Origin: Myxococcota bacterium
GTDB taxonomy: Bacteria; Myxococcota_A; UBA9160; UBA6930
Assembly (NCBI GenBank): GCA_036560185.1
Contig: DATBRS010000246.1
Coordinates: forward strand, 1 to 59,431
Reading direction: 5' to 3'
Length of the DNA: 59,431 bases
Below are positions 10,955-19,998 of this stretch, one piece after another (within the stretch, counting starts at the first letter, position 1; every line of letters begins with the position of its first letter). The translations under genes were made by a program, and so were the position numbers. A model generated the notes under the pieces. That model saw only the letters and a program-made list of their open reading frames with translations. It was not told where the DNA came from and ran no database searches.

Positions 10955-12442
10955 TCACTCCTCCCCTTCCCGCGCCATGTCGATCGCCTCGATCAGCGCG
11001 CGCAGCTTGTTCTCGCACTCCTTGTATTCGAGCCGCGGGTCGGAGTCGGCGACGATGCCCGCGCCCGCCTGCAGCGAGATCCTGCGCTCGTGCACCAGCA
11101 TCGTGCGGATCGTGATCGCGAGATCCATGTTGCCCGAGTAGTCGACGTAGCCGCAGCAGCCGCCGAAGGGCCCGCGCCGCAGCGTCTCGAGCTCGTCGAT
11201 GATCTCCATGGCGCGCACCTTGGGCGCCCCCGAGAGCGTGCCGGCCGGGAACGTGGCCCGTAACAAGTCGAGCCAGTCGAGGCCCGCCCGCAGCTTGCCC
11301 TGCACGTTGGAGACGATGTGCATCACGTGGGAGTAGCGCTCGATCGACGCATACTCGGTGAGCGCGACGCTGCCGACTTCGGCGACGCGGCCGACGTCGT
11401 TGCGGCCGAGGTCGACGAGCATCACGTGCTCGGCGATCTCCTTCGGATCCGTGCGCAGCTCCTGCTCCATCGCGAGATCGTCGGCGGCGTCGCGGCCGCG
11501 GCGGCGGGTGCCGGCGATCGGGCGCACGTCGATCTGCTCACCCTCCAGCCGCACCAGGATCTCCGGCGACGAACCGATCAGCACCGATTCGCCCATGCGC
11601 AGGAAGAACAGGTAGGGGCTCGGGTTGATGCGCCGCAGCTGGCGGTAGAGCATCAGCGGCTCGACTTGCAGCGGCATCGTGAAGCGCAGGCCGAGCACCA
11701 CCTGGAAGATGTCGCCCGCGACCACGTACTCCTTCGCGCGCTTCACCGCGTCCTGATAAGCCTCGGGCGTCATGCTGCGCTCGAGCGCCATCGCGCTGCG
11801 CACGGGCGGCCGCCGCTCGTCGGCGCGGCGCGGGCCGCGAATCAGCGCCACGAGCGCGTCGATCTTCGCGACCGCCTCGGCGTGAGCGGAGCGCGCCTCG
11901 CGGCGGTCGCGTAGGTCGACGTGGTGCACGATCAGCGCGGTGTGCTTCAGGTTGTCGTAGACGACGACGCTGTCCGGGAAGCTGAACCACAGGTCCGGCA
12001 GACCGATCGGGTCGGGGTTCGCGTCGGGGAGCTTCTCGATGAAGCGCACCCAGTCATATCCGATCATGCCGACGGCGCCGCCGGTGAAGCGCGGCAGCAC
12101 GACGCCGGGCAGCGCGACTGGCTCGAACTCCGCGAGCCGCGCGCGCAGCACGGCCAGCGGATCGCCGCCGGCGTCGAAGCTGCGCGTCTCGCCGCCCTCG
12201 CTCCACTCGACGCGGGCGCCGCGCGCGTGGAAGCGAGCGCGGCTGCCGACGCCGATCAGGCTGTAGCGCGCCCACTTCTCGCCGCCTTCCACGGACTCGA
12301 GCAGGAAGGACGTCGCGCCGTCGTCGAGCTGGCGGAAGAGCGAGAGCGGCGTGTCGAGATCCGCCAGCACCTCGCGCACCACCGGGATCAAGTTGCCGCG
12401 CGCGGCCAGCTGCACGAACTCGTCGGCCTGGGGGCTCGTCAC
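10955..12442 (-). CDS. trpE: Anthranilate synthase component I
   Basis: FLLESVEGGEKWARYS, GDIFQVVL, NPSPY, RPIAGTR, EHVMLVDLGRND, FPAGTLSGAPK and QAGAGIVADS. GTG start at 12442. Confidence 0.97.
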   Translation of the reverse strand: MTSPQADEFVQLAARGNLIPVVREVLADLDTPLSLFRQLDDGATSFLLESVEGGEKWARYSLIGVGSRARFHARGARVEWSEGGETRSFDAGGDPLAVLRARLAEFEPVALPGVVLPRFTGGAVGMIGYDWVRFIEKLPDANPDPIGLPDLWFSFPDSVVVYDNLKHTALIVHHVDLRDRREARSAHAEAVAKIDALVALIRGPRRADERRPPVRSAMALERSMTPEAYQDAVKRAKEYVVAGDIFQVVLGLRFTMPLQVEPLMLYRQLRRINPSPYLFFLRMGESVLIGSSPEILVRLEGEQIDVRPIAGTRRRGRDAADDLAMEQELRTDPKEIAEHVMLVDLGRNDVGRVAEVGSVALTEYASIERYSHVMHIVSNVQGKLRAGLDWLDLLRATFPAGTLSGAPKVRAMEIIDELETLRRGPFGGCCGYVDYSGNMDLAITIRTMLVHERRISLQAGAGIVADSDPRLEYKECENKLRALIEAIDMAREGEE

Positions 12443-12521
12443 GGGGGCCTCGCGTCGCGCGCCATGCGCGGATCGCCACGGTTATCAGAGCGGCCGAGCG
12501 CGCGCAAAGCCCCGCGCCGCA

Positions 12522-14906
12522 CTAGCGCGCGATGACCGAATCCTGCCCGCGGCGACGGCGCGATTCGAAGGGGCGCAGCAGGTCGTCGCCGACGCCGAGG
12601 ATCCGGTACGAGACGCCGACTTCGAATCCGCGCGAGCGCTCGTCCTCGGCCTCGATGCGGATCGCCCAGCACTTGCAGCGCGAGACGTACTCGACGCCCA
12701 GCTGCTGGCGCAGCGAGAAGTGGCCCTCGATCGAGTACTGCACGCGGTACGTCAGCGCGAAGCCGCGCAGCAGGGTCCAGCGGCCGTACAGGTCGAATTG
12801 ATCGATGCGGTCGAAGTTCACCGAGAACTCGTCGAAACGATTCTTGTCGTAGTCGAAGCCCTCGAAGAACTTGGGGAGATCGCGCAGGAAGCGGTAGCCG
12901 AACGAGACGTCGTTGCCGCTCTCGTCCGCGTAGCCGAGCTCGAGCAGCGCCTCGTCCACGCGCGTCTCGTCGAGGTCGAGGCCGAGGTCGAAGCGCGAGC
13001 TCCAGTTGCGCGCAGGGAACACCGCGCCGTCGAGGAAGATGTTACGGACGGAATCGCCCGCGAAGTCCCACCACGCCGTCAGCGTCGCGTCGGCGAGGAG
13101 ACGCGGCGGCGCGTCCTCCTCCGCGCCGCGCGCATACAGCCGGTTGCCGAGCGAGAAGTGCAGCGCTTCGACCGCTTCGATGCGATCGGCAGGGTCGCGC
13201 GTGATGCTGATCGGCTCGAGCGCGCGCAGCCGCGCCTGCAGGATCTCGGAGCGCGGGACGAACAGCGGGTTGTCGCGCTGGTGATCGCTGCCCAGCCGCT
13301 CGATCAGCGTGAAGCCGAGCCGCGGCTCGAGCAGGTGAATCGCGCGCTCGGTCGTGAACGGCAGCGGCAGCACGCGGCGCAGCCGCGCGCGCAGGTCGAA
13401 GTTGCCCGTCGCGAGGTTGCGCATCTCCGCGCCGCGCCGCTGGGAGTCGTAGAACGTTCCGTACCAGCCGAGCTCGGGCAGGAACTCGACGATGTCGCCG
13501 AGCCGGACCGGCGCGTACAGGCGCGGGCTCAGCACGACGCGGTGGCCGCGATCCGCGATCAACTCGCCCTCTTGGAAGAGGCCGTCGTTCTCGCGGCCGC
13601 CCGGGTTCAGCAGCGGGTCGAAGTCGTCTCCGGTGAGATCGCCGGCGCCGGGGTCGCCACTCTGGAGGTCGCGCTCGAAGCCGCTCGGCACGCCGTCGAG
13701 GCCGGTGTCCAGGAACAAGCCCCGCGGCCCGAGCGCTGCGCCCGGGTAGCGCTGCCGAACTTGGTCGAGCGCGGTGAAGTACGTGTAGCGCGTGTCGAGC
13801 GCCCAGAAGACGTGGGAGCCGAGCGCGCCGCTCGGCAGCACGGAGGCGCGCAGGTCCGGGGCGCGCTGCAGCCAGGTTCGGTCGCGGTCGAGGTCGTCGG
13901 GGCTCTGCAGGTCGTCCGCGAAGCGCACTTCGCCAGAGAAGCCGATCTGATCGCGCACGCCGAAGCGGTTCTCGGCGAAGCCGTAGGAGTCGAGGTGGCG
14001 ATCGTTGCGCAGCGCCGCGTACTCGCGGAAATCGAATGGGAACAGATTGTCCGAGATCACCGTCGCCTCGACCTTCGCGCGCCAGCCGGCGGGCAGATCC
14101 TGCTGATCGTGGGTCAGGTCGATTGCCCAGCGGTCGTTCGAGAAAGGCGTCGACGGATCGTCCGTCGGATCGTTCGGATCGTTCTGCTCCACCTCGTCGT
14201 CGTTCCATAGGAAGGTGCCGTAGAGCTCGCCGCGCGAGTGCTCGCCGAGGACGTACTCGAGCGTCAGCTCCGGCTTGAAGCCGCGCTTGGTCAGGTAGTG
14301 CGGCGCGATCGTGACGTTCAGCGGATCCGCCGCGGCCCAGAAGAACGGGAGACCGATGTCGAGCCCGGTGCGCGAGCTGGTGCGGATCTCGGGGAACAGC
14401 AGGCCGGTCTCGCGTTCGGACTTCACCGGGTACGTGAGCCATGGCAGCCACAGCAACGGCACGCCGAGGATGTCGATCGTGGAGTTGCGCGCCGTGGCGT
14501 AGCGCCCGATCTCCACCTCGAGCTTCTCGGAGCTCACGGCCCAAGGATCTCTCTCGCCTTCCGGGCATTGGCAGGTCGTGAAGCGCGCATCGACCAGCCG
14601 GTACTGATCCTCGCCCTGGCGCTCGATCTCGGCGCCTTCCAGGCGGAACTCCTGCGTCTCGGACTCGATGCTCCCGCCGAGCACGAGCCCGGCCTGCGCA
14701 TCGAGCTGAAAGCGCATCGCGCGCGCGTGAATCACGTCCTCGCCTTCGCGGGCGATGACTCGGCCGATCGCCATGCCGCGGCGCGTCTGGTTGCTGAAGG
14801 CGGCCCAATCGGCGGTGAGAACGCGGCCGTCCTGTGCGACCTGGACATTGCCACGCGCCATGTAGAGGTCGCCGACGCGCTCGTAGGTGATGAAGTCGGC
14901 GGTCAT
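12522..14906 (-). CDS. lptD: LPS-assembly outer-membrane protein LptD (true start probably further upstream)
   Basis: OstA-like N-domain (TADFITY...ARGNVQV), plus FTTCQC, W-x-V-x-S-x-x-L-x-V, KSERETGLLFP and LPFFWA. A long beta-barrel-like C-region includes the late Cys motif SRCKCWAI. Confidence 0.85.
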   Translation of the reverse strand: MTADFITYERVGDLYMARGNVQVAQDGRVLTADWAAFSNQTRRGMAIGRVIAREGEDVIHARAMRFQLDAQAGLVLGGSIESETQEFRLEGAEIERQGEDQYRLVDARFTTCQCPEGERDPWAVSSEKLEVEIGRYATARNSTIDILGVPLLWLPWLTYPVKSERETGLLFPEIRTSSRTGLDIGLPFFWAAADPLNVTIAPHYLTKRGFKPELTLEYVLGEHSRGELYGTFLWNDDEVEQNDPNDPTDDPSTPFSNDRWAIDLTHDQQDLPAGWRAKVEATVISDNLFPFDFREYAALRNDRHLDSYGFAENRFGVRDQIGFSGEVRFADDLQSPDDLDRDRTWLQRAPDLRASVLPSGALGSHVFWALDTRYTYFTALDQVRQRYPGAALGPRGLFLDTGLDGVPSGFERDLQSGDPGAGDLTGDDFDPLLNPGGRENDGLFQEGELIADRGHRVVLSPRLYAPVRLGDIVEFLPELGWYGTFYDSQRRGAEMRNLATGNFDLRARLRRVLPLPFTTERAIHLLEPRLGFTLIERLGSDHQRDNPLFVPRSEILQARLRALEPISITRDPADRIEAVEALHFSLGNRLYARGAEEDAPPRLLADATLTAWWDFAGDSVRNIFLDGAVFPARNWSSRFDLGLDLDETRVDEALLELGYADESGNDVSFGYRFLRDLPKFFEGFDYDKNRFDEFSVNFDRIDQFDLYGRWTLLRGFALTYRVQYSIEGHFSLRQQLGVEYVSRCKCWAIRIEAEDERSRGFEVGVSYRILGVGDDLLRPFESRRRRGQDSVIAR

Positions 14907-15156
14907 GTCGAAGGCGCGCGTCCCGGCCTGGAAGCGCCGCCGCTCGCGGCCGGGCGCATCCTGGGCCCGCGCGGCGAACGCTGCGAGCAGGATCAGCGTG
15001 AGCGCGCACGACGCGAGGCGGCTCGTGCGTCCTGAGCGCGAGGTTGCGACCGCCAGGACTGCGCCCCCAACAAGCGGGCGCCGCGCGCCCGAAACGCGGC
15101 CACGCTAGCGGTGCACCCAGGTGGGTGCGAGATCCGGACGGGCCGCTTGCCCGCGT

Positions 15157-15798
15157 TCACTCGCCGGGGTCGAGGGTCGCCGCGAGCGCGTCGAAATCGC
15201 GCACCTCGAGGGCGTCGTCGACGAGCCGCACCAGCTTCTGGTCGATCAGCTGGTTCAGCGCGCGGTGCGCCTCGATCATCCGCAGGCCGGCTTCGTTCGC
15301 GAGCTTGCGCAGCGTCGACTCGATGCGCGCGCTCTTGTCGCCCGCGCTCGCGTGGCGCAGCAGTACCCGCACGATGGGCCGCAGCAGGTCGTCGACGCCG
15401 AGCGCGGCCAGCCGCTGCTCGAGCTCGATCGCGCGCTCGGCCAAGCGCTGAATCACGCGCAGCGCAATCTCCGGGCGATCCGCGCACATCGCCTCGAACG
15501 TGGCGCGATCGAGCTGAAGCACGCGCGCATCCGCGACTGCGACGGCGCGCGAAGTGCGCGGGCGGCCGAGCAGCACCGCGATCTCGCCGAAGAATTCGCC
15601 CGGGCCGTGCCGCGCGACCACGCGGTATCCGTCTTCGCTGCCGCGCGTCAGCTCGATGTGCCCCGATTGGATCACGAACAGCGCTTCGCCCGGCTGGCCG
15701 GCGTCGTACACCACCTCGCCTGCCGCGAACGTGCGCTCGTGGCTGCTGCGCACCGCGAAGCCGGTGTCGTCGCGAGCGTCTTCCGGGGACTTCATCAC
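15157..15798 (-). CDS. Crp/Fnr-family cyclic-nucleotide-binding protein with C-terminal winged helix
   Basis: cNMP cassette GEFFGEIAVLLGRPRTSRAVA and C-helix RPEIALRVIQRLAER. The C-terminal HTH-like segment is LRKLANEAGLRMIEAHRALNQL. Confidence 0.85.
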   Translation of the reverse strand: MMKSPEDARDDTGFAVRSSHERTFAAGEVVYDAGQPGEALFVIQSGHIELTRGSEDGYRVVARHGPGEFFGEIAVLLGRPRTSRAVAVADARVLQLDRATFEAMCADRPEIALRVIQRLAERAIELEQRLAALGVDDLLRPIVRVLLRHASAGDKSARIESTLRKLANEAGLRMIEAHRALNQLIDQKLVRLVDDALEVRDFDALAATLDPGE

Positions 15799-15838
15799 CC
15801 GAGCTGTTTCGGCCCGGCCGTTCGCAGCCTTGAGATGC

Positions 15839-16354
15839 TCAGTTGCCCTTCGCAGCCAGGAGCGGGCCCACCGCCGCCTCGAGCTCGGGAAGCGTCGTCA
15901 CCCCCACGTGCGCCTCGTGGATGCGCCCCTCCGCGTCGATCACGAACAGCGCGGGGAAGCCCGGGGCGCCGTAGTCGAGCGCGAGCGACTCGTCGCCGAG
16001 CAGCACCGGGTACGTCATGCCGTGCTCGCGCACGTACGGCGCGATCGCCTCGCGGTCCCAATCCACCGAGACGCCCAGCACGTGCACGCGCCCGGCGTAC
16101 TTCTGATGGAAGGCAACCAGCACCGGGATCGAGTCCTCGCACGGGCCGCACCAGGTGGCCCAGAAATCCACGATCACCGGCTGGCCGCGCAGGCTCGCGA
16201 GCGCCACCTCACCGCCGCCTAGCCGCTCGAGCGTGAAGTCCGGCGCGGGCTCACGCACGCCCTCGCCCTCAACGCCCGGGACCGCCTCGAGGCGCTCGCA
16301 GCCGAGCCCGAGCAGCGCGGCCGCGATGCAGACTGCAGCAGCCAGCGCTCTCAT
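15839..16354 (-). CDS. TlpA/ResA-family thiol-disulfide oxidoreductase lipoprotein
   Basis: Lipobox LLGLGC, APDFTL, the FWATWCGPC CxxC motif and a cis-Pro GFPALF. ATG 16354 overlaps the ccdA stop. Confidence 0.92.
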   Translation of the reverse strand: MRALAAAVCIAAALLGLGCERLEAVPGVEGEGVREPAPDFTLERLGGGEVALASLRGQPVIVDFWATWCGPCEDSIPVLVAFHQKYAGRVHVLGVSVDWDREAIAPYVREHGMTYPVLLGDESLALDYGAPGFPALFVIDAEGRIHEAHVGVTTLPELEAAVGPLLAAKGN

Positions 16355-17130
16355 CGGAGCCAAGACTCCAGTTGCTCCACCCAGTCGTTCATGAAGGCGA
16401 AGTACGAGTTCAGCAGCGTCAGCTTGTCCGTCATCACGAGCACGCCGACCCCCACGAGCAATGCGCCGCTGCCGATCTCGATCCAGCGGAACTGCGCCTT
16501 GATCCGCGCGAAGGTGGCGAAGAACCAGTCGAGGCTCCAAGCCGCCGCGAAGAACGGGATCGCCAGCCCGAGTGAGTAGGTGGCGAGCAGCGCGACGCCC
16601 GCGCCCACCGTCTCGTAGCTGGCGGCGAGCGTGTAGACGCCGCCGAGGATCGGACCCACGCACGGGATCCAGCCCGCGGCGAAGGCGGCGCCGACGACGA
16701 AGGTGCCGAGCGCGCTCTTCGGCACGAAGCGCTGCCCGAAGCGGACGTCGCGGTAGAGCCATTGAATCGGGAGCACGCCCATCAAGTGGAGCCCCATCAG
16801 TGCGATCAAGGCGCCCGCGACGGTTTCGAGCGTGATCGTGACCGGGCCGATCTCGAGCGCGAAGCGCCGCAGCGTTCGACTCACACTCGTGGCCGAGGCG
16901 CCGAGCAGCACGAACACGCTCGAGAAGCCCGCGACAAAGCCCGCGCAGCCGCGCAGCACGCGCCCGCGCACCGCGGCGCGCGCGTCGGCATCGCGGAGCG
17001 CCTCGACCGAGACGCCCGAGAGCAGCGAGAGATAGGCCGGCAGGAGCGGCAGCACGCACGGCGAGAGCACGGAGACCACGCCGGCCCCGAAGGCCGCTCC
17101 GAACGACGCCAGCGAGACGTGATCCTGCAT
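16351..17130 (-). CDS. ccdA: CcdA/DsbD-type transmembrane electron transporter
   Basis: SVLSPCVLPLLPAY and GWIPCVGPILG carry the two catalytic PC cysteines. About 6 TM segments. Confidence 0.93.
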   Translation of the reverse strand: MQDHVSLASFGAAFGAGVVSVLSPCVLPLLPAYLSLLSGVSVEALRDADARAAVRGRVLRGCAGFVAGFSSVFVLLGASATSVSRTLRRFALEIGPVTITLETVAGALIALMGLHLMGVLPIQWLYRDVRFGQRFVPKSALGTFVVGAAFAAGWIPCVGPILGGVYTLAASYETVGAGVALLATYSLGLAIPFFAAAWSLDWFFATFARIKAQFRWIEIGSGALLVGVGVLVMTDKLTLLNSYFAFMNDWVEQLESWLR

Positions 17131-17168
17131 GGGTGCACGCCTCGCTGGCGATGAGCTGGGGCGCGCTC

Positions 17169-17549
17169 CTAGAAGCCGGGCTCCGGCTGCGCGGCGACGT
17201 CGCCGACGACCTCGGCCTTCGCGCGCTGCTGCTCTTCGCTCTGGCCGAAGAACACGAGCTTCTTGTCGCCCGCGATGTGCTCGCGCTCGACGACGTAGTC
17301 GCCGCCGATCGCCGCGTCGAGAATCGGCATGGCGACTTCCTTGTCACCCGCCGAGAACAGATACGCCGCGCCGGCGACGAGGCCGCCGCCCGCGGCGTAC
17401 AGCACCTTGGCCGGCATGTAGACGAGGTTCGCGAGCACGGCGGTCGCGCCCGTCTTCATCTCCCTCTTCGGCGGATCCGCGAACGCGGGGCTCGCCGCGA
17501 GCGCGGCGAGCGAGAATGCAAGCACCAGGAACCGAACTGTCATGCGCAT
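17169..17549 (-). CDS. Hypothetical exported protein
   Basis: Signal peptide MRMTVRFLVLAFSLAALAASPAFA, GGGAGG SD and host-like codon usage. No family recognised. Confidence 0.7.
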   Translation of the reverse strand: MRMTVRFLVLAFSLAALAASPAFADPPKREMKTGATAVLANLVYMPAKVLYAAGGGLVAGAAYLFSAGDKEVAMPILDAAIGGDYVVEREHIAGDKKLVFFGQSEEQQRAKAEVVGDVAAQPEPGF

Positions 17550-17602
17550 ATCGTTGGGCCTCCCATTGCGGCGCAGCGCGCCGCCCACCCCGATCGAGAC
17601 CG

Positions 17603-17631
17603 AGTTTGGGAATCGCTTTCGGGTGGGTCAA
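17603..17631 (-). promoter_or_regulatory. Putative sigma70 promoter for the hypothetical-ccdA-tlpA-crp unit
   Basis: On the minus strand: TTGACC (17631-17626), a 17-nt spacer, then CAAACT (17608-17603). Confidence 0.5.
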
Positions 17632-17671
17632 GGGCGCGCGTCGCGGTGACACAAAGAAGCGTCAGTCCCCA

Positions 17672-18115
17672 CTAGCGCTTCGTGTCTAAGAGCAGCGTCA
17701 CCGGGCCGTTATTCACGAGCGCGACCTGCATGCTCGCCCCGAAGCGTCCGGTGACGACCGTCACGCCCAGCTCGCGCGCGGCGCGCACCACCGCGTCGAT
17801 CAAGGGCTCGGCCAGCGCTGGCGCGGCAGCCTGCGTGTAGGACGGCCGGCGCCCTTTGCGCGCCTCCCCGAACAGCGTGAACTGCGAGACGATGCCGAGC
17901 GCGCCGCCGGCTTCGAGCAGCGAGCGGTTCATGCGGCCCGCCGCGTCGGGAAAGATGCGCAGCTGGACGAGCTTCGCGGCGAGCTCGCGCGCGTCCTGCT
18001 CGGCGTCGTCCACGCCCACGCCGACGAGCGCGAGCAAGCCCTCGCCCAAGCTTCCGACGAGCTCACCCGCCACGCTGATGCGCGCCTCCGAGACGCGCTG
18101 CACCACCGCGCGCAC
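17672..18115 (-). CDS. dtd: D-aminoacyl-tRNA deacylase
   Basis: RAVVQRVSEA, the SQFTL motif, KGRRPSY and NNGPVTL. Confidence 0.97.
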   Translation of the reverse strand: MRAVVQRVSEARISVAGELVGSLGEGLLALVGVGVDDAEQDARELAAKLVQLRIFPDAAGRMNRSLLEAGGALGIVSQFTLFGEARKGRRPSYTQAAAPALAEPLIDAVVRAARELGVTVVTGRFGASMQVALVNNGPVTLLLDTKR

Positions 18116-18116
18116 C

Positions 18117-18629
18117 TCAGAGCGTCTCCTGATCCGCGAAGCGGCCGAGGTACTTCGCGCGTCCCTCCGCCCGCATCACGACCAGCTGGCAGATCCGCAC
18201 GCCGGCGTGGATCTCGAGCGGGTGGCCGGAGACGTTGCTGATCTCGAGCACCTGCCGATTTGAGACGCCCGGCTGCACGAAGGCCGAGGTCACGTGAATC
18301 ATCAGGCCGAGCCGCGCGAAGCGGCTGCGGCCCTCGAGCAGGCCGCACAGGTCCTGCGCGAGCGTGACGCGTTCGCGCGTGATGCCGTGAATCGTGGCGC
18401 CGGGGGCAAGCACGTAGGGCTGCGCGAGCGAGGCCACACGCGTGTAGTCGCGATAGTCGACGTCCTCGCGAATCGGGATCGGCTCGGCGCCGCGCTCGAT
18501 CACGCGGATCTCGACGCCGAGCGTGAGGTCGATCGAGGCGGGTCCCACTTGGTCGGGCTCGAGCGGCTCGATCACGATGCGGCGGGCCGCGATCTCGCTG
18601 AGCAGAACGTCGCGCGTGAGAACCGTCAT
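18117..18629 (-). CDS. dcd: dCTP deaminase
   Basis: VGPASIDLTLG, LEGRSRFARLGL, QVLEISN and RICQLV. ATG at 18629. Confidence 0.88.
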   Translation of the reverse strand: MTVLTRDVLLSEIAARRIVIEPLEPDQVGPASIDLTLGVEIRVIERGAEPIPIREDVDYRDYTRVASLAQPYVLAPGATIHGITRERVTLAQDLCGLLEGRSRFARLGLMIHVTSAFVQPGVSNRQVLEISNVSGHPLEIHAGVRICQLVVMRAEGRAKYLGRFADQETL

Positions 18630-18653
18630 GGCGCGCGACGGTAACATCGCGCG
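18630..18653. promoter_or_regulatory. Overlapping back-to-back -10 elements for the divergent genes dcd and glpQ
   Basis: 24-bp spacer. Plus strand: TAACAT (18642-18647), 6 nt, ATG 18654. Minus strand: TACCGT (18643-18638), 8 nt, ATG 18629. No SD on either side. Confidence 0.55.
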
Positions 18654-19460
18654 ATGCCGCATCCGTTCTTCGCGATCCCGCGCCCGATCGTGTTCGGGCA
18701 TCGCGGCGCGTGCGGCGAACGCCCTGAGAACACGCTGATCTCGTTCGAGCGCGCGCTCGCGCAGGGCGCGGACGTGCTCGAGACGGACGTGCACGCGACC
18801 CGCGACGGCGAGGTCGTCGTGCTGCACGACGCCGACGTTGCGCGCACCACGGACGGCTCCGGCGACGTCGCCACGTCGACGTGGGACGAGCTTCGCCGCC
18901 TCGACGCCGGCCACCGCTTCGCGGCGGAAGACGGCAGCGCGCCCTTCCGCGGCCGCGACGTGCGCATCCCTCGGCTCGACGAGGCGCTCGCGCGCTTTCC
19001 CGGGGTGCGCTTCAACATCGAGCTGAAGCGCGCCGACGAGCGCTTGATCGGCGCCGTGCTCGACTTGTTGCGGAGCACGGGGCGCGAGTCGATCTCGCTG
19101 CTCGCCGCCGAACGCGACGACGCGATGCGGGCGCTGCGCTCCGCGGTGCGCGCGCGCGGCAGCCGCGTCGCGCTCGGCGCGTCCGCTGCCGAAGTGCTCG
19201 GCTTCGTGCGGGCGGCGATCGAGAGTGGCGAGCCACCGGCCGGCCCGATGGCGCTGCAGATTCCCGCGGAGTTCCTCGGGCGTCCGCTGGTCACGCCCGA
19301 GCTCGTGTCCTTCGCTCACGCCCAGGGCGTCCAGGTGCACGTGTGGACGATCAACGAGCCGGCCGAGATGCGGCGCCTGATCGCGCTCGGGGTCGACGGC
19401 GTGATGAGCGACTTCCCGGGCCGCCTGCGCCGCGTGGTGGACGAGACGCGTGGCGCTTGA
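18654..19460 (+). CDS. glpQ: Glycerophosphodiester phosphodiesterase
   Basis: FGHRG...RPENT, LETDVHATRDGEVVVLHD, FNIELK, VHVWTINE and GVDGVMSDFP. Confidence 0.92.
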   Translation: MPHPFFAIPRPIVFGHRGACGERPENTLISFERALAQGADVLETDVHATRDGEVVVLHDADVARTTDGSGDVATSTWDELRRLDAGHRFAAEDGSAPFRGRDVRIPRLDEALARFPGVRFNIELKRADERLIGAVLDLLRSTGRESISLLAAERDDAMRALRSAVRARGSRVALGASAAEVLGFVRAAIESGEPPAGPMALQIPAEFLGRPLVTPELVSFAHAQGVQVHVWTINEPAEMRRLIALGVDGVMSDFPGRLRRVVDETRGA

Positions 19461-19998
19461 GGCCCTGCGGCCGGCCGCGCTGCTGCGCGAGGAGCTGCCG
19501 CGGGTCGCGCACGCCAACGGGCGGCGAGCGGTGCTCGACCTCGCGTGCGGTCGCGGACGCAACGCCGTGGCCGCCGCTGCGGACGGCCTGCGCGTGGTCG
19601 GCCTCGATCGCGACGTAGCCGCGCTCGCCGAGCTGGGCGCGCGCGCGGCGAAGGCGCTTCTCGCGATCCAGCGCGTGCGCGCGGATGTCGAAGCGGGCCT
19701 CGGCCTGCCCTTCGCGAGCGACTCGTTCCGGGCGGTGCTCGTGTTCCGGTTCTTGTTCCGGCCGCTCGCGCCGGAGATCGTGCGCGTGCTCGCGCCGGGC
19801 GGCGTGCTGATCTACGAGACCTTCACCACCGCGCAGCGCGCGTTCGGCCGCGGCCCACGGCGCGATGCCTTCCTGCTGGCTCCCGGCGAGCTCGCGGAGC
19901 TGTTCCCGCAGCTCGAGTGCCTGCGCTTCGAGGAAGGCGTCTTCGACGAGCCGGAGCCCACCGCGCTCGCGCGGCTGGTCGCGCGCAAGCCGGCCTAG
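19450..19998 (+). CDS. Class I SAM-dependent methyltransferase (TehB-like)
   Basis: Motif I VLDLACGRGRNA, plus GLDRD, LVFRFLFR and LAPGGVLIYETF. Overlaps the glpQ end. Confidence 0.85.
   Translation: MALEALRPAALLREELPRVAHANGRRAVLDLACGRGRNAVAAAADGLRVVGLDRDVAALAELGARAAKALLAIQRVRADVEAGLGLPFASDSFRAVLVFRFLFRPLAPEIVRVLAPGGVLIYETFTTAQRAFGRGPRRDAFLLAPGELAELFPQLECLRFEEGVFDEPEPTALARLVARKPA

Noticed and set aside
12443-12521. trp attenuator or leader peptide
   Set aside because: The only mini-ORF (MARDARPP) has no Trp codons, and there is no terminator/antiterminator with a U-tract.
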